A DNA stretch of 64,000 nucleotides from Raillietiella orientalis (Eukaryota): NCBI GenBank assembly GCA_036172245.1, contig JAYWIR010000001.1, positions 1,984,001 to 2,048,000 of the forward strand, read 5' to 3'. This document shows positions 37,701 to 49,350 of this stretch, one piece after another. Under the pieces are notes generated by a model. It was not told the origin of the DNA and did no database searches. It saw only the letters and a program-made list of their open reading frames with translations. Position 1 is the stretch's first letter; every line of letters starts with the position of its first letter. The translations under genes were made by a program, and so were the position numbers.

Positions 37701-39292
37701 AAAGAGGGTTTGCTCGGAGGCAACGGAATACCTGACCCTGAAGCGCCTTCCGGGAAAGCTGCCGCTCCCAGTCCACCGGAAACGCCTCATCCTGTGACCC
37801 ACCGACTCGAGCCGTCGGTGGCGCGTCTGAAAGGAAGGGAACCCTGCGTGTTGCGAGTGACCCTATGACCCCAAGGCTCGCTGCTCCTTGGCGTGTTCGA
37901 GAAGTCCCCGCCGCCTCTGCAGCCACCAGGAAGTCGGCATGGGCAAAACCTCCGCGCGACCACGTGCCCGTCCATCCCGCCTCCGCGTCTTCATTGCCCC
38001 TTCTTCCCCTTCCGTCCTGCGGACAGGTAGAACTCGAAATCCAGACGGGCGTCGACTGCGGGACCGAACGCGGTGCGCGGACCGCCGATGGCCGCGCGCT
38101 TCAGACCGGACGGCGCGCAAGACTTCATGAAACTGCGCGCAGCGGCGCAGTCTCTTCTTTGTGCTCTGCCCGCTCCTGCTTTCCCCGGAAATCCAGAATA
38201 AGCGCGCAGGGTGCCCTGGAGCAGGAGGGTGGCGCCCAAGAACACGCTTTCCTTTCCTCGCTCCCACGCGCCCAGAAAGTCCCACCGCCCGCGGAAAGAC
38301 CAAGCTAAGCACCGGGGGGGTTCCTCCTCCGTTTGCTTCGAGCATCCCCCCAAAACTCGATAGGACCGACACCTATTAGGATAGGCACGGAGGAATTCGC
38401 GCCGTTTCCACCGACTCCGGACAACCGTCTCCGGAGCCGCCGCCGCCGCTAGCGCCGGGTCCCTCCTTCGCCCCTGCAGAAGCTCTCTGCGCGGTGGCTG
38501 CACGGCCACTGCGCGGGCAGGAAGCCTTCCGCCCCAGCGCCTCGAAGTGCACGGGGTGCAGCGCGTCTCCCGCGCGCGCTCACTACCGAGCTCTGCCCAT
38601 TACCTCACCGGTCGGGTTGCTGACCTCTGGAGTGCCCAGGAGATCGGAGCGGCGGCGCATAGTTTTCCTCCCCCCCTCTCCTCCTCCTCCTCCTCCTCCT
38701 CCGTCCGTCCTTCTTCCATTTTTCCCCCGCGAGACCGCCCCACCGCGAATCGTCCTTGGCGCGGAGGGTAGGATGAGGACGAAGGAACGCGAGTTCCTCC
38801 TCCGGCCAAGACTCGGGGAAGGCGAGCTGCTCGCGAACCTTCCGAACGAGCGCGACCCACAGCCCAAAGCGCGAGAGTGGTTCGTCAGGAGTTGACCGCG
38901 GGGACTCTGGAAGAGGGGAAGCGCGTGTCCAAAGCGAAGGACACTGGCAAGCCTCCGACAGGAACGCAACAGGCAACAGGCTCACCAACAGACCCGATGA
39001 GTGCCATGACCTCCCTGCTGTGGACCTGCAAGCTGACGTCTCTTAGAACGAAGTCCACGGTCCGGGTTCCGAAGATCTTCCTCAGGAAACCGGAGTCGTC
39101 GCTCACCTGGAAACACAATCCCACTTTCTCCCTCTTCCTGTCTGGCAGGGCGCGATGGAGAAAAAAAAAAAAAAAGAATTGGACGAGGAGGAACGCGCGC
39201 TCGCAAGTGAGGGGAAGGGAAGTGGGGGATCAAGAAACCTCGCCCGTCTGGTACACGTTCAGTAGCCTCAGTTCGTAATTTGACGTCAGCAT
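17161..39292 (-). CDS. ABCG5: ABCG5-like half transporter (arthropod CG11069-type), about 629 aa, 10 exons
   Basis: Phase-consistent exons (5' to 3'): 39292-39239, 39106-38986, 35412-35231, 22022-21854, 21803-21531, 19445-19238, 18975-18770, 18685-18547, 17855-17670, 17512-17161 (1890 nt, TGA). NBD-then-TMD ABCG layout: MLTSNYELRLLNVYQTGEV, VLRDVSLQVHSREVMALIGSVGSGK, LLLDDP, PRSDIFPFLDRV, GFPCPEMENPLTYY, LPEWLQYLSY, GCRYVNGTHYLLERY. Orthology to vertebrate ABCG5 is inferred. Confidence 0.9.
17930..18130. repeat. About 200-bp polypurine (GA-rich) low-complexity tract in ABCG5-like intron 8
   Basis: Almost only G and A on the + strand (GAGGAGGAAGAAAGAGGGG...). Confidence 0.8.
20386..21220. mobile_element. 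AT-rich foldback/MITE-like island 1
   Basis: Left end CAGCGCCGAAATC (20386-20398) and right end GATTTGGGCGCTG (21208-21220) are inverted, 12/13 match. Interior is extremely AT-rich with degenerate subrepeats. Left motif AAATCCCGAA-N4-CATAAAAAATA is shared with islands 2 and 3. Confidence 0.6.
21313..21371. repeat. Perfect 24-bp inverted repeat with an 11-nt spacer (59-nt hairpin)
   Basis: CAGCACCGATGGCCAAGCTGCCTC (21313-21336) is the exact reverse complement of GAGGCAGCTTGGCCATCGGTGCTG (21348-21371). Confidence 0.9.
22255..22480 (+). mobile_element. tRNA-derived SINE, copy 3 (diverged and partial, opposite orientation)
   Basis: GGGTTCGAATCCTGCCAGG...GTCGATGGCGAGAAGGGAGGGTGCGTCATGGGTTT...CCGGAGTCCTTCCGGGAATC matches the reverse complement of the head and early body of copy 1. 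Confidence 0.65.
27959..28577. mobile_element. Non-autonomous DNA transposon (MITE, hAT-like termini)
   Basis: CCAGGGTTGCCAA at 27959-27971 and TTGGCAACCCTGG at 28565-28577 form a perfect 13-bp inverted pair. Repeated YTRGCG motifs lie inside and the interior is more AT-rich than the flanks. No clear TSD survives. Confidence 0.6.
29651..30329. mobile_element. AT-rich foldback/MITE-like island 2
   Basis: Left AAATCCCGAACGATCATAAAAAATA at 29663. The reverse complement of the right end, GGTTCAGAATTCCCAGATATCATAACAAACAAATAC, resembles the family's left end. Internal units such as ATAACAAATAAATGTA occur in both orientations. Confidence 0.6.
34175..34950. mobile_element. AT-rich foldback/MITE-like island 3
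   Basis: Left AAATCCCGAAAGCTCATAAAAAATA at 34183. Right end CTTTAGCGATTTGGACG resembles island 1's CTTTGGTGATTTGGGCG. Contains a (TA)n run at about 34717-34747. Confidence 0.6.
35470..36500 (+). mobile_element. Possible heavily decayed, GC-enriched LINE RT/C-terminal remnant in ABCG5-like intron 2
   Basis: Ordered weak motifs across frames: PQG, DVFAY, LELNSK, EVLG, LHSIVL*SWGCSEESWTG, RPVDFWSG (cf. PQG, YADD, LxLNxxK, KYLG, Y..W, RV..WN). Pattern recognition only. Confidence 0.3.
36680..36790. repeat. Polypyrimidine (CT-rich) tract
   Basis: About 110 bp of nearly pure C/T on the + strand. Confidence 0.75.
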
Positions 39293-40542
39293 CTCCAGCC
39301 CGTCGCAGCCTCGTCGCTCCAAGTGTCGCGCGCCAGGGACGCTCTTGCTCCAGGGTATTGTTGCGTAGGAGAATGGGAGTCCGTCAGACCTTCCCTCCGA
39401 AGCTGCACTGTGAAAGGACGGCACCTCTCTGGCGGAGCTCCTCGGGTCATAGGAAGAAGCGATCCCCCCGAGTTATCCGTTTCGCCTGAGGGGGCTGCGT
39501 ACCTGCCTTGCGTCGGCGCGACAAGCACCGTGTACTGGACCGAAGACATCTCCAGTCATCTCGAGCGAGCGGCACACGTGACCTTGCGTGCGTGCGTGCG
39601 TGTAATCTACAGCGAGAGGCCTCCCGCTTCGATGTCCTCTTGGTTGGAAGGTGCCATGGGGTAAACCCCTCTTCCCTGCCTTCACACGTATGTATTTGGC
39701 GACGAATGCGTGTTTGACTGTGCAATGAGCAATGCAGCTTGGATGTGTACGTTGCAGTGACGGAGTGTAGCTTAGCGCGGAATCGTCCTCATCCTTCACG
39801 GATCCTTGCCATACAAGATTATCCTGATAGGTGTGCTTATAGGTGTGCTTTCTGAGACGCCTGATCGAATGTGGGGGGGGGGGGTGCCTACCCGAAACAC
39901 TTATTTTGCGAAAAGCAGTCTTTGTTTCCGTCGTCCCCCGGTACTTTTGTCATCACGAGCGTGCGTAAACGAAATTTTCACACGAACCTTGTTCCTTTTT
40001 TCACGATGGCGTTGGCTGCTGGTTCGAAAGCAGCTGCCCAGGACCTGTTTCGTAAAATCAACAAGTTACGGATGTTCATACCCTTCAGGCAGGCACAGAG
40101 ATGCAGGAAGTGAGGTTGAGACATTCTTTGCCCGTACATCCCCCCCCCCCTTCCCTCCACTTCTTCCCCAGGAAAAAAAAGTAAAAGAGCAGTGCCCAAT
40201 TGTTCATTTGTATCAGGTGCAAAAAATTGCAATTTTTAAGGTCAACACGCGCGCGCGCGTTGGAGATTCTTTCCAAGCCTGTCTCCAGTCGCCATTCATC
40301 CTGTGAGAGCCGCCGACGCGAGTCCCCCGCCACGATCGCCGTGCGTTATCGTGCGCTAAGATTTATAGCACTTGGGCGGATTTCGGAAGGAGCAGTCTCC
40401 TTGCTGATCCCTCTTTTCAAATGTGCATTTTCGTCCTTGTCTTTGAATTTCCTGTAATTTGCTGAAATCGAGCGTGAGATTTTTTCGAAGCAGGTGCCTC
40501 TCATTCACTTCTTTAGACTTCTTCATCCGACTGATTTCGAGC

Positions 40543-40848
40543 TAACGCCCGGGCTAACAACCAAGCAGTGCGAGGAACGAAGCTTCCTTCGCCCCTTCGG
40601 TATTGTTGCGACATTAAAAACAGTGTTGCTGGCCTTCGCCGTGTTTCCATAACGCCCGGGCTAACAACCAAGCAGTGAAAGGAACGCAGCTTCCTTCGCC
40701 CCTTCGGTATTGTTGCGACATTAAAAACAGTGTTGCTGGCCTTCGCCGTGTTTCCATAACGCCCGGGCTAACAACCAAGCAGTGAGAGGAACGCAGCTTC
40801 CTTCGCCCCTTCGGTATTGTTGCGACACAAAAACAGTGTTGCCGGCCT
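40543..40848. repeat. 107-bp tandem repeat, about 2.9 copies, between the divergent ABCG genes
   Basis: Unit start TAACGCCCGGGCTAACAACCAAGCAGTG occurs at 40543, 40650 and 40757; the copies differ by only a few bases. Confidence 0.92.
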
Positions 40849-42630
40849 CCGCGATTTTCTGATGCGACACTGATCGGCGGCTGGCTTTTCGCGGTTTAGG
40901 TCGAGGAGTGTTGTCGCTTCCATATGAGGAACCGGACCTCCATTTGCACACCTCGGAGGGCATCTTTCGTGAGCATGCATCATCATCAGACCCCGGCGCG
41001 CTGACGTGCGGAAGCAGTAAGAGCATTTGAAGAGACGGAAAAATTCCGCTACAGCGGAACCACCGGAAAGCTCGGGTATTCGGGGAAATGAGTTCAAGGT
41101 CAACGGTGGCCAGTTTAATTGCGTGCTTCACTGCTGCTTAAGTACAAGGGACACGAACTCCGACGGTGCGGTCAGGTGAGCCTCGCAATTAAAGATCTCT
41201 TCTGCCGTCTTCCCTGCGTTGCGATCATCTTGCTCAAATCACTTTCTCTCCCAACGAAGTGCTGACATTTCATTCCGATTGACAAGACATTGACCTTCGT
41301 TTTTCTCCCCTGCTTCCCCCCTCTCTCTCCTTTTTTTTCTTTTTTTTCTTTTCTACTTCCTCTTCCCCTCCTTGTCTTCCCTTTTATAAACGCTGTTTTC
41401 GCTTTCATTCGGTAATTTCATGTGATCGTCACGGAAAAACAGTTTTGCAACCGTGTTTCGCCTACGGAAGCGAAGAAGCTGCCACCAAGAATTCCTTTCG
41501 TTCCCGCGCGTCGCCTCAAACACCCGCATCTTCCGAACGCTCTGCCGCCACTGTTCTGGTGCGTCTAATTCTTCTGCTTTGGAGACTCAAAAACATTGGA
41601 AGATGCCTCACCTGCTGCCGTTGTTTCTTTGGGAAGAAAGGGATGCAACAAGCTGCCCCTCTTCGAAAGATACGTGGTTTTGTCGGGAACCGGGGCAAAG
41701 AGAAACCCGCTGCTCCTGGCGGCGTTCGACAAGGGATGATAGGAAATGAATCCTCCTCTGGACTTGCAGCGTCGGAACCCCCCGTTTGAATCGGGGCGTG
41801 GTTTTGCCTTAAGTAGCGAGTCAGCAAGGGGCAGCAGCCGGAAACGTGGCGCGGATCCCGAGGAAGGTCGTTGCGCCGCCCAACCGGCCGGCTCATTCCC
41901 TCCCGGCTGCCTTGCCCTTCCTCTTCCTCTCTGCAAGCAGGGGAGGACGGGCCTTGCAGGTGCAGGTGAAAGAGGTGGGGCAGGTCCAGGCGACAGAGAC
42001 GCTGAACGGAAGAGTCAGATGCTCTGAGACCTGCAGCCTCCTTGTGGTACTGGAGCCTTCTGTTCCTCTCCGATCGGGATGGGAAGGGAAAAGGGCTGGC
42101 AAGAGGCAGGTAGGCAGATTGTTTTTTTGTTTTTTTTTTATTCCTTTCGAGCTCTCACTCGCCTGTATGCACGCGTTGTCGAAGAAACCGTTCTCCTTCA
42201 TCAGTAGTGAATGGGAAGCGCTGGGGTGAGTTGGGAAGGGGGGGGAAGGGCGTGTGAGGAAGGGGATAGATGGAGGAAGGGTAGCTGCCGACTACGAGAG
42301 GAATCTCTCCCGGTGCGCATGCATGGGAGGAAAAGAAGAGCGACCACTCCGAGCTATTCCCTAAAGTAGGGACGGGCGGGCTGTGGAGAACCTTTTTCAT
42401 CCGCACTCGCCCTTCTCTCGGACATGCCACACAGGAGATCTCGCCCAAGGGTCACGTGGGAGACGAGTGGAACCTTGCTGGTCACCTGACTCTCCTTTCT
42501 CCTCCTCTCATCTGTTCTTTTGGGCGAAGGAAGGTCGCTGTTTCAGCCTCCCCTTTCGCCGTAGGTCCCATCCTGAACCTGGGAAGGACGTCCCGCCAGT
42601 GACTGCCAGGCGCCATCTTTGACGCCTGCC

Positions 42631-45600
42631 ATGGTCGTCTCCGCCGTCTCTGCGGTGACCCAGGGGCCCCTCTTGGTGATGGGTCGCGAGAGGAAGCGGC
42701 CCTCTAGCGCCGCAGAGTCCTCCGAGGACGGCAGGCCTTCTCTCGGAGGGGGTCGCGAGGCCGAGGATCTGCATGCCTGGTCCATCTACCGGCAGAACTT
42801 GAACTCGGACTTTGCCGACACGGCCATGGGCAGCCCCGAGCGGGCGTCCCTCCCCTACGGCAACTTTCAGCTGCGGGACGCTACCGTCCAGGCGATCCTT
42901 CGTGACCCGGGCCTCGCCCCCAGGTCCGAGCTGAGGACGACCAACACGTTCGCCTACCTCAAGTTTGGGCTGCCGAGGGTGCTGCCCCCCAGCTGCCGTG
43001 GAAGCAGCGGTCTCCCTGCCGCCACCGACCGCTCTCCGGACGGGCCTTTCACACTGCGCCACTCCGGGAGCGAGGCCGACCTCCTGGCCGCCCGTGGGGG
43101 GAGCAAAAGTCGCTCTGCGGGCGATCAGCTGCGGGCAGCCCACTCACATGCCAGCCTTGCGTCTCCGCGCGAGCGGAAAGGGCCTCCCTCACTTCCGTCC
43201 AACCCAGCAGGGACAGCAGCGGAGACTCACGGAGACGCGGACAGGACGGGCACCGTTCACTTGCAGCTCCGCAACGCCACCTGCAGCTACCGCTGCCGCG
43301 GCAGGAGTGTCCGGCTGCTGGACGGAGTGTCCCTGGAAGCCCGTGATGGAGACCTCGTCGCCATCCTCTCGACTGACGGTGAGCGGTACTCGGGCGGAGG
43401 AAAGGGAAGTAGCTGCGGATCGCCCTCGGCCCTCGGCAAACCTCTTCGCTCCCCTTCCTCCCCCAGGAAATCAGAGGGCAATCTTCCTGAGCGGGGAGGA
43501 GGCAGACTGAGGGATCTCTGCCAGGGGCCCGAGGAGGACCCAGCCTCCTCCTCGCGGGGTCACTCTCGTCTCTGCTCCTGGAAGGGCGAGATGAGAGTTG
43601 CCTCTTTTTCCACATGTTGATCCTTTCGTCCCTTCCCAGAGCTGGAAGGCTCCTGCCTGCTGGGCACTCTCGCGGATCGATGGAGCAGTTGGGACTACCA
43701 CTTCGAAGGGCACATAATCCTGAACGGATGCTGCGTGAAGTCCTCCGAGATGAGGAGCCGCGTGGCCCTGCACCAGCAGCGCGACAGCGCAGCCTTCTTT
43801 CCTGACGCCAGCGTCAGGCAGACCCTGCTGTTCCAGTCGCATCTGCGACGGCGCCTCGGAAGCTCCTCGCGCACCAAGAGTGATATCAGCAGAGAGGTAG
43901 CCGGCGTGTTCAATCCTAACTTTCGCATACTCGCTGCAGGTGGAGGAGGGACGGGGGCGACACGCGCTGCCTCGGGACGCGCAGGATCGGTCGCGCTTGT
44001 CCATTGGAGGTAGAGAGCAGGCGCTTCCTCCTCCTGGCAGGACAAGGGGATCAGGTGGTGCCCGCTTCAGAAACTTGCGGATCGAGGGTGCATGCCCTCA
44101 GGGGTCGCGCGCGCGTGCTGGCAGCCGCCAGGCGATCCGAGGGGAGAAGGGCGGTCGCGGCGCCAGGGGACAACACGAACGGATTCTTTGCGAAACGTCC
44201 GGCGGCGGAAGGTCTGCAAGGGGAAGTTGCAGCAGAGAAAGGACATTCCCCCGCGCGCGCGGCTCGCGTGTTTGCGAGACTTGTGGGGTGCTCGATCTCC
44301 GGGCCTCGGGGAAAGGGTGGGTCGTTTGAGGCGAGTGGCGCCTCCAAGAGGGCGACCGGGGAATCCCGGGGACTGCTCCTGTTCTCCGCCTCGCCCGTGA
44401 GATCTTTGGCCTTCCTTGGCGGCCAGCTGGCAGCCCGGTTTTCCGGTGTAGGAGCCTCGTGTAGGTGGTGGTGGGAATCTGGAAAACGGCGCGCGCATGC
44501 ATTCCTTCCCCGCAAGGCCGTGGCGAGGCTGTCGGCGCAGCCAGTCGCCCACAGTCTCGCCGTGGCAGGGTGGAGATGAGGAAGCTTTGCCTTTCCTTCC
44601 CGCCGCCAGGTAGATGGCTCCGGAGAGCAGGAGGTTCTCTCTGCCCTCATTACCAACGATGGGTGCTGCAAGCGTGCATCATCGTGTCGGAGGACGGAAG
44701 CAAGGCAGCATCGCTCCGCTTCCATTCCAACGACTTCGCTGCAGAAGCGGACAAATTCTCCTCGGGAGGCCGCTGCTGCAAGAACGATCTCGCAAAGTCA
44801 AGCAGCGCCATCCTACGAGTAAGGGGACTCGAAAGCCACGACGCATCTACTCTCGGTCTCAATTGTTTACGGGTATTTCGAACTCGCAACGCATGGGACC
44901 ACGCGTGGCTAAAATCGCATTGGGCGAGAGCTAGGGCTGAAGATGACCCTGTCATCCACTCTGCTTGATCTTTCATGCATGCGCGCGCACTCGGCATTCC
45001 TGATGGGAACGCAGGATGAACGCCTGACAGCAACGTTGCCACGACTCCCGCCAGTGCTAATTTTTCGCTCCCGTTCTCCCCTCCGTTTCTGCCCGGTTGC
45101 TCCTCTGCGTGCGGAGCCGCATCGCTCGCACTGCCGACCGGGGGCCCTTCCGCTTGTTGCCGGGGGCGCCATTGGGCTTCTTGGCATGGCCGGCTGCACC
45201 CGCGGAACGGCTGCAGGACGGGCGGACGCGCCTCGCTGGCACCGCGCAGCTTTGGGAAGGTTGTCACGCCCGAGGCAAGCGTCGCTCCCTCCGCATGCAG
45301 CGGATGCCGCGCGCGTCCAGCAATGGCGCTGCGGTGCTGTCGAGTTTGCCCGGCGATGGCGGGAATAAGGGATGGGCTGCACCTGCTGGAACGGAGGTGA
45401 CACAGAAAGTGCGGGATTCGAGACGTAGTGGGAGCTCCTTCTCTTGCCTTCTCTTTGCCACCTCATCCGGCTGGACTTGAAGGACGGGGATGCCCAGTCG
45501 CCCACTTTCTTTCCGTAGATCGACGAGGTTCTGGTCGGGTTGCAGCTGGACCACCTCCGCGACGCCAGGGTGGGACGCCTGAGGGAAGGCGAACGGAGAC

Positions 45601-47748
45601 GACTGGACGTCGCCTGCCAGCTGCTTCTGGGCACAGATATCGTCCTCCTGGACCGGGTGATCGAAGGAGCGAACATTCTGGAAGGCTCTTCCATCGTCAG
45701 CTACCTGAAGATCTGGACCCAGAGGAGAAAGATCGTCCTGGCGACGGTGGCACCGCAAACCTACGAGATCTTTTGCATGTTCACCCAGGTTCTTCTTCTT
45801 TCCATGGGCCGCAGTATCTACTTCGGGCCCCGCGAGGACTTTCTTTCGTACTTCTCGGCTCTCGGCTACCCCTGTCCCGTTCACAAGAACCCCGTGGATT
45901 ATTACGGTGAGTCAACTTGCATCTTTGGAGAGCGATCGATAATGGGATGGGAGATGCGAGTCGCGAACACGCCCCGTGTGCCTCTTTTTCTAACACCAAC
46001 GCGCCGTTCTGATGCCTTCCGCCTACTTTCGGGGACTCCTTTCCACCCTCTGGTGGAAGGAGGAGAGTTTTTTCCAGTGAAGGGGGAGGGGAAAACAATT
46101 CCTGGGCAAATATGAATTCTTCCTGACCCAAGTGGCTCGCGCCCTAATGGTTACTGTGGCTGGAGGGATGATGCAATCAAGCATATATCCTCCCCCTTGT
46201 TCTCCTCCTTCTGATTGGTTTCCGCTCGCCCTGGTCGAGTCTGCAGGAACTGTTTCGGGATAGAGACAACCTGCCGGGAGACCTTCACCACTCGTAGGTG
46301 TGTCCTCCACTTCGTTGCTTCTCATCTTGAGAAACCGAAGCGGTCAGCCAGATTACCTCCCCTCCCCCTCGTTTCCAGTGGACCTGGTCAGCCTGGATGA
46401 GCTCAGCCCGGAAGCGATGCTAGAATCAGGACAGAGGATCGACCAACTCGCGGAGATCTTCCGGCAGAACCACGGATCCTTGCTCGATCCGGAGCCGTCC
46501 CGCATGCTGCCTGCGAAGATCAGGAGGGCCAACTTCCTCATGCAGGTCACTGCCCTGCTGCTGTGAGTGTCCAGTGGAAGGATGAAGGAGGAGGGTCACA
46601 TGTTCTTTACCTTTCAAGACGTAGTCTGGTTTACTCGTGGCCCCGCAACCTGCGAAGACTGTGCGGAAGGGTCTTAGCAGCCGCTGTCGTGTCCGTCACC
46701 GTCGGCCTGGTGTACTGGGACATGAGAGGAGAGGTCCAAGAGCAGGTCTCTTGAGGGAGAGGGAAAACGAAGGGGGAACGTTTCTCGCTGATCATCCCGG
46801 CTTCCTTCCTGCAGGAGAGCGTTGTTGACCGGATTGGATTCCACTTCTGCATGGTGGGTGTATCTGTGTGGCCTATCGTCGCCCTTGCCATCGATGATGT
46901 CTTCTCTTGCAAAGCTCACGTCTGGAAGGAGGTGGAAGAGAAGCTGTACTCGGGTTTCAGCTGCATGCTGTGCAAGGTACGACGCTTACTTCTCTTTCTC
47001 GACACCTTTCGGGGGACTGGAGTGAACGGACTTCCATATCCTCCTCTCCTCTTCCTTCTCCAGTTCCTTCTGGATTCCCTGGCTTCGGTGATCGTGTTCC
47101 TGTCGTACGTTCTGCCCGCCTACTGCATGGCAGGCCTGACTCAAAGCAGCGGCTCCCTCGCTTCCTTCTGCACGTACTCCGGTGAGTACGAGATGGTGTT
47201 CTGGCTTCCATGTTGGCGGCGACTAGTCTCTTTGCCTCTCCATCTCTCTGTGTGTGCTTAGCCTGCTCCTTCCTCTCACAGGTCACATGCTGGCATACCT
47301 CTTCTCGGTGTGCTCTCTAGCCGCAGCCACGGCCTGGATTCTTCCCTCGAGGTTAGCGGCCACTGCCCTCACGGCGGTGTTGATGACCCCGCTCCTCCTC
47401 GTCAGCGGATGGCCCATCCACTTGCGGGAGATTAGTCACTGGGCGCGCTGGATACAGTGGGTATCACCTGTGAGGGTCATCCTCGAGGAAGTCGTCGTGA
47501 GGGAGATGGATGCAGCAGGACCCTTTCGCTGCAGCCGCAACCCTGTGGTCCAGCAGGACAACCTCATACTAGTTCAGATGGATTGCGGCATCCAGGAAGG
47601 CGTTCACGCCCTGGAATACATGGGTTATACGCCTCCCGGGGGCGATCTCCGGCCAATTTTCGTGGCCGCTGGGTTCGGCCTCTTCTGGCAGATGGTGTCC
47701 CTCCTGGCAGTAGTGTTCCATCGGAGGTCACGTCCTGGACCCGGATGA
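42631..47748 (+). CDS. ABCG8: ABCG8-like half transporter (arthropod CG31121-type), about 816 aa, 8 exons
   Basis: Phase-consistent exons: 42631-43378, 43640-43896, 45519-45906, 46379-46562, 46619-46745, 46815-46976, 47064-47181, 47282-47748 (2451 nt, TGA). Characteristic N-terminal block EDLHAWSIYRQNLNSDF..YGNFQLR..YLKFGLPRV; also GYPCPVHKNPVDYY, DLVSLDELSPEAMLES, CSRNPVVQQDN..VQMDCG. The start could instead be the ATG at 42679. Confidence 0.9.
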
Positions 47749-48599
47749 CACGATGTGCACCGATCTTCCTGTGTCGTTCCCTCTCTGTCCGAAAGGCTTC
47801 GAATGTTAGGGGTGAATTCAATCTCTTCCGTGGAAGTCTTCTCATCTCCCTCGTTCTTCGGACCCACGCCTTTTTACGTCATAAAGTTTGCCCCCCACGG
47901 GTTCAGAAGATGGATGCCGGTACTGGAAGCTGTACCAGTTAGAACCATTATGAGCTTTCATCTCTTTTCCAACTCTGCAGGAATATCTATCCGCCGTTGA
48001 GGCCGACAGCTTCCCTAAAGGGATCTCAACTACTGCCATTGCAACAACGTTTTCGAAATAATAAAAATGGCGTCGGTGCGTTATCTATTTTTAAAGCGGA
48101 AGATCGGTCTATGCCGACGATCTTAAGCCCCGGCAGCATCGCTAGAGGAAATCCTCGAGCTGATCCGCCGGAGAGCTGGCATGTGTGTAAACAGGGCGTA
48201 GTCGACTGTGCTTCCCGTTGGTGTGGCTGGGCAGGGCAACAGGACTATATCCGCTTAGGGGTCACAGATTTAAGTACCTGAGAGTTCCGTTGTGGGACCT
48301 CTGCGCAGCGGCAGCCTGGTTCGGTTGCCTCCAAAAGGCAGAATCGGCGTCGCACAGCCCGTTCCTGAACAAGTTTGTCTTGCCGGAACCGTCTGTCATG
48401 TAAAACAGGTTCGTGGCTTTCCTCCTCTGATCCCCACTTTTTGTTTTCTTCGCGCCCGGACATGCGAAAAAGCGGACAGAGGACCTTTTGCGAGCCGTCT
48501 GGGGAGCGCAGCGATCTCGGTTTCGCTTGAAGGACTCGTTCGCGCCTCGTCGGGACGCTGGAGAGGATGGAGAGTCAGCTCCAGTTTAGAAGATTCGCC

Positions 48600-49350
48600 C
48601 TAGCGGCGAAGTTTTGGATCACCCATTGATGCGTCTCAACCAGACTCCTGACCAAGAAGGCAGACGGCACCGAGGGACTTGGTACGTGCATGGCCACCGA
48701 GAGTTGCCTCCACGCGGGCACCAACTCCTGCAAATGGTCGCCTTGGTCCAGGAGAACAGGTGGATTTCCTGCCTCCCCGCCAACTGTGGTTCCCGGAAAC
48801 AGAAACGGTTGAGGATTGAGTGAAAAAATAAACGGCAGTAGCCTGGAGCAATCGCAATGCCTAGGATTCTCGAACTACGCGCGCCGCTCGTTGCAGGAAT
48901 TCATGGATTGCCCAAGGAAGGCCATCTGGGCATTGAACCATCAATCCGAAGGAGTAGAAATAGCCATAGCCTTGCAAGATGGGAAGATCAGGATGGGATT
49001 ACAGTATCCTGCGAGATCTCGAGAAAGAGACTGCAGCTGGGATGCTGGACAACACGTGAACTGGCTGGTGCAGTGTCCCGCCGTCCCCCAAAGATTCTTT
49101 GCTGGGCTGAACTCCTAGATATTTCTTCTGAAGAGGCAGAGATTCCCCTAGTGTTTGTGGGAAGCTCCACGCTTCCCCTGAAGGACAAGACTCGGCATTG
49201 CAGTTTTTGCACTAGGCGATCCTATGCAATGCGCTAGTCCACCAGTGGACAAAAGAGAGTATGCCTGCAGACTTCCAGGTGAGGAGAACGGGAAAATTCC
49301 CGCACCTGTTGTGTTGTGTTGCCCTCCTGAGTGTCTGGGAATGCTTCGCG
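48600..49350 (+). mobile_element. Possible decayed CR1/L2-like LINE C-terminal remnant
   Basis: Weak ordered motifs RDLV and IRMGLQY..CSW..AVPQRFF (cf. RDLGV, VRxxLEY..VW..VQRRF), with many disruptions. Confidence 0.25.

Noticed and set aside
19159-38988. Many long Arg/Gly/Pro/Ala-rich ORFs (e.g. 19196-20467, 25631-26833, 26408-27541, 32228-33379)
   Set aside because: They overlap on both strands in high-GC intronic DNA, show no recognisable domains, and are expected from stop-codon scarcity.
40543-40848. CRISPR-like array
   Set aside because: Whole units repeat with no unique spacers, no cas genes are present, and the context is eukaryotic.
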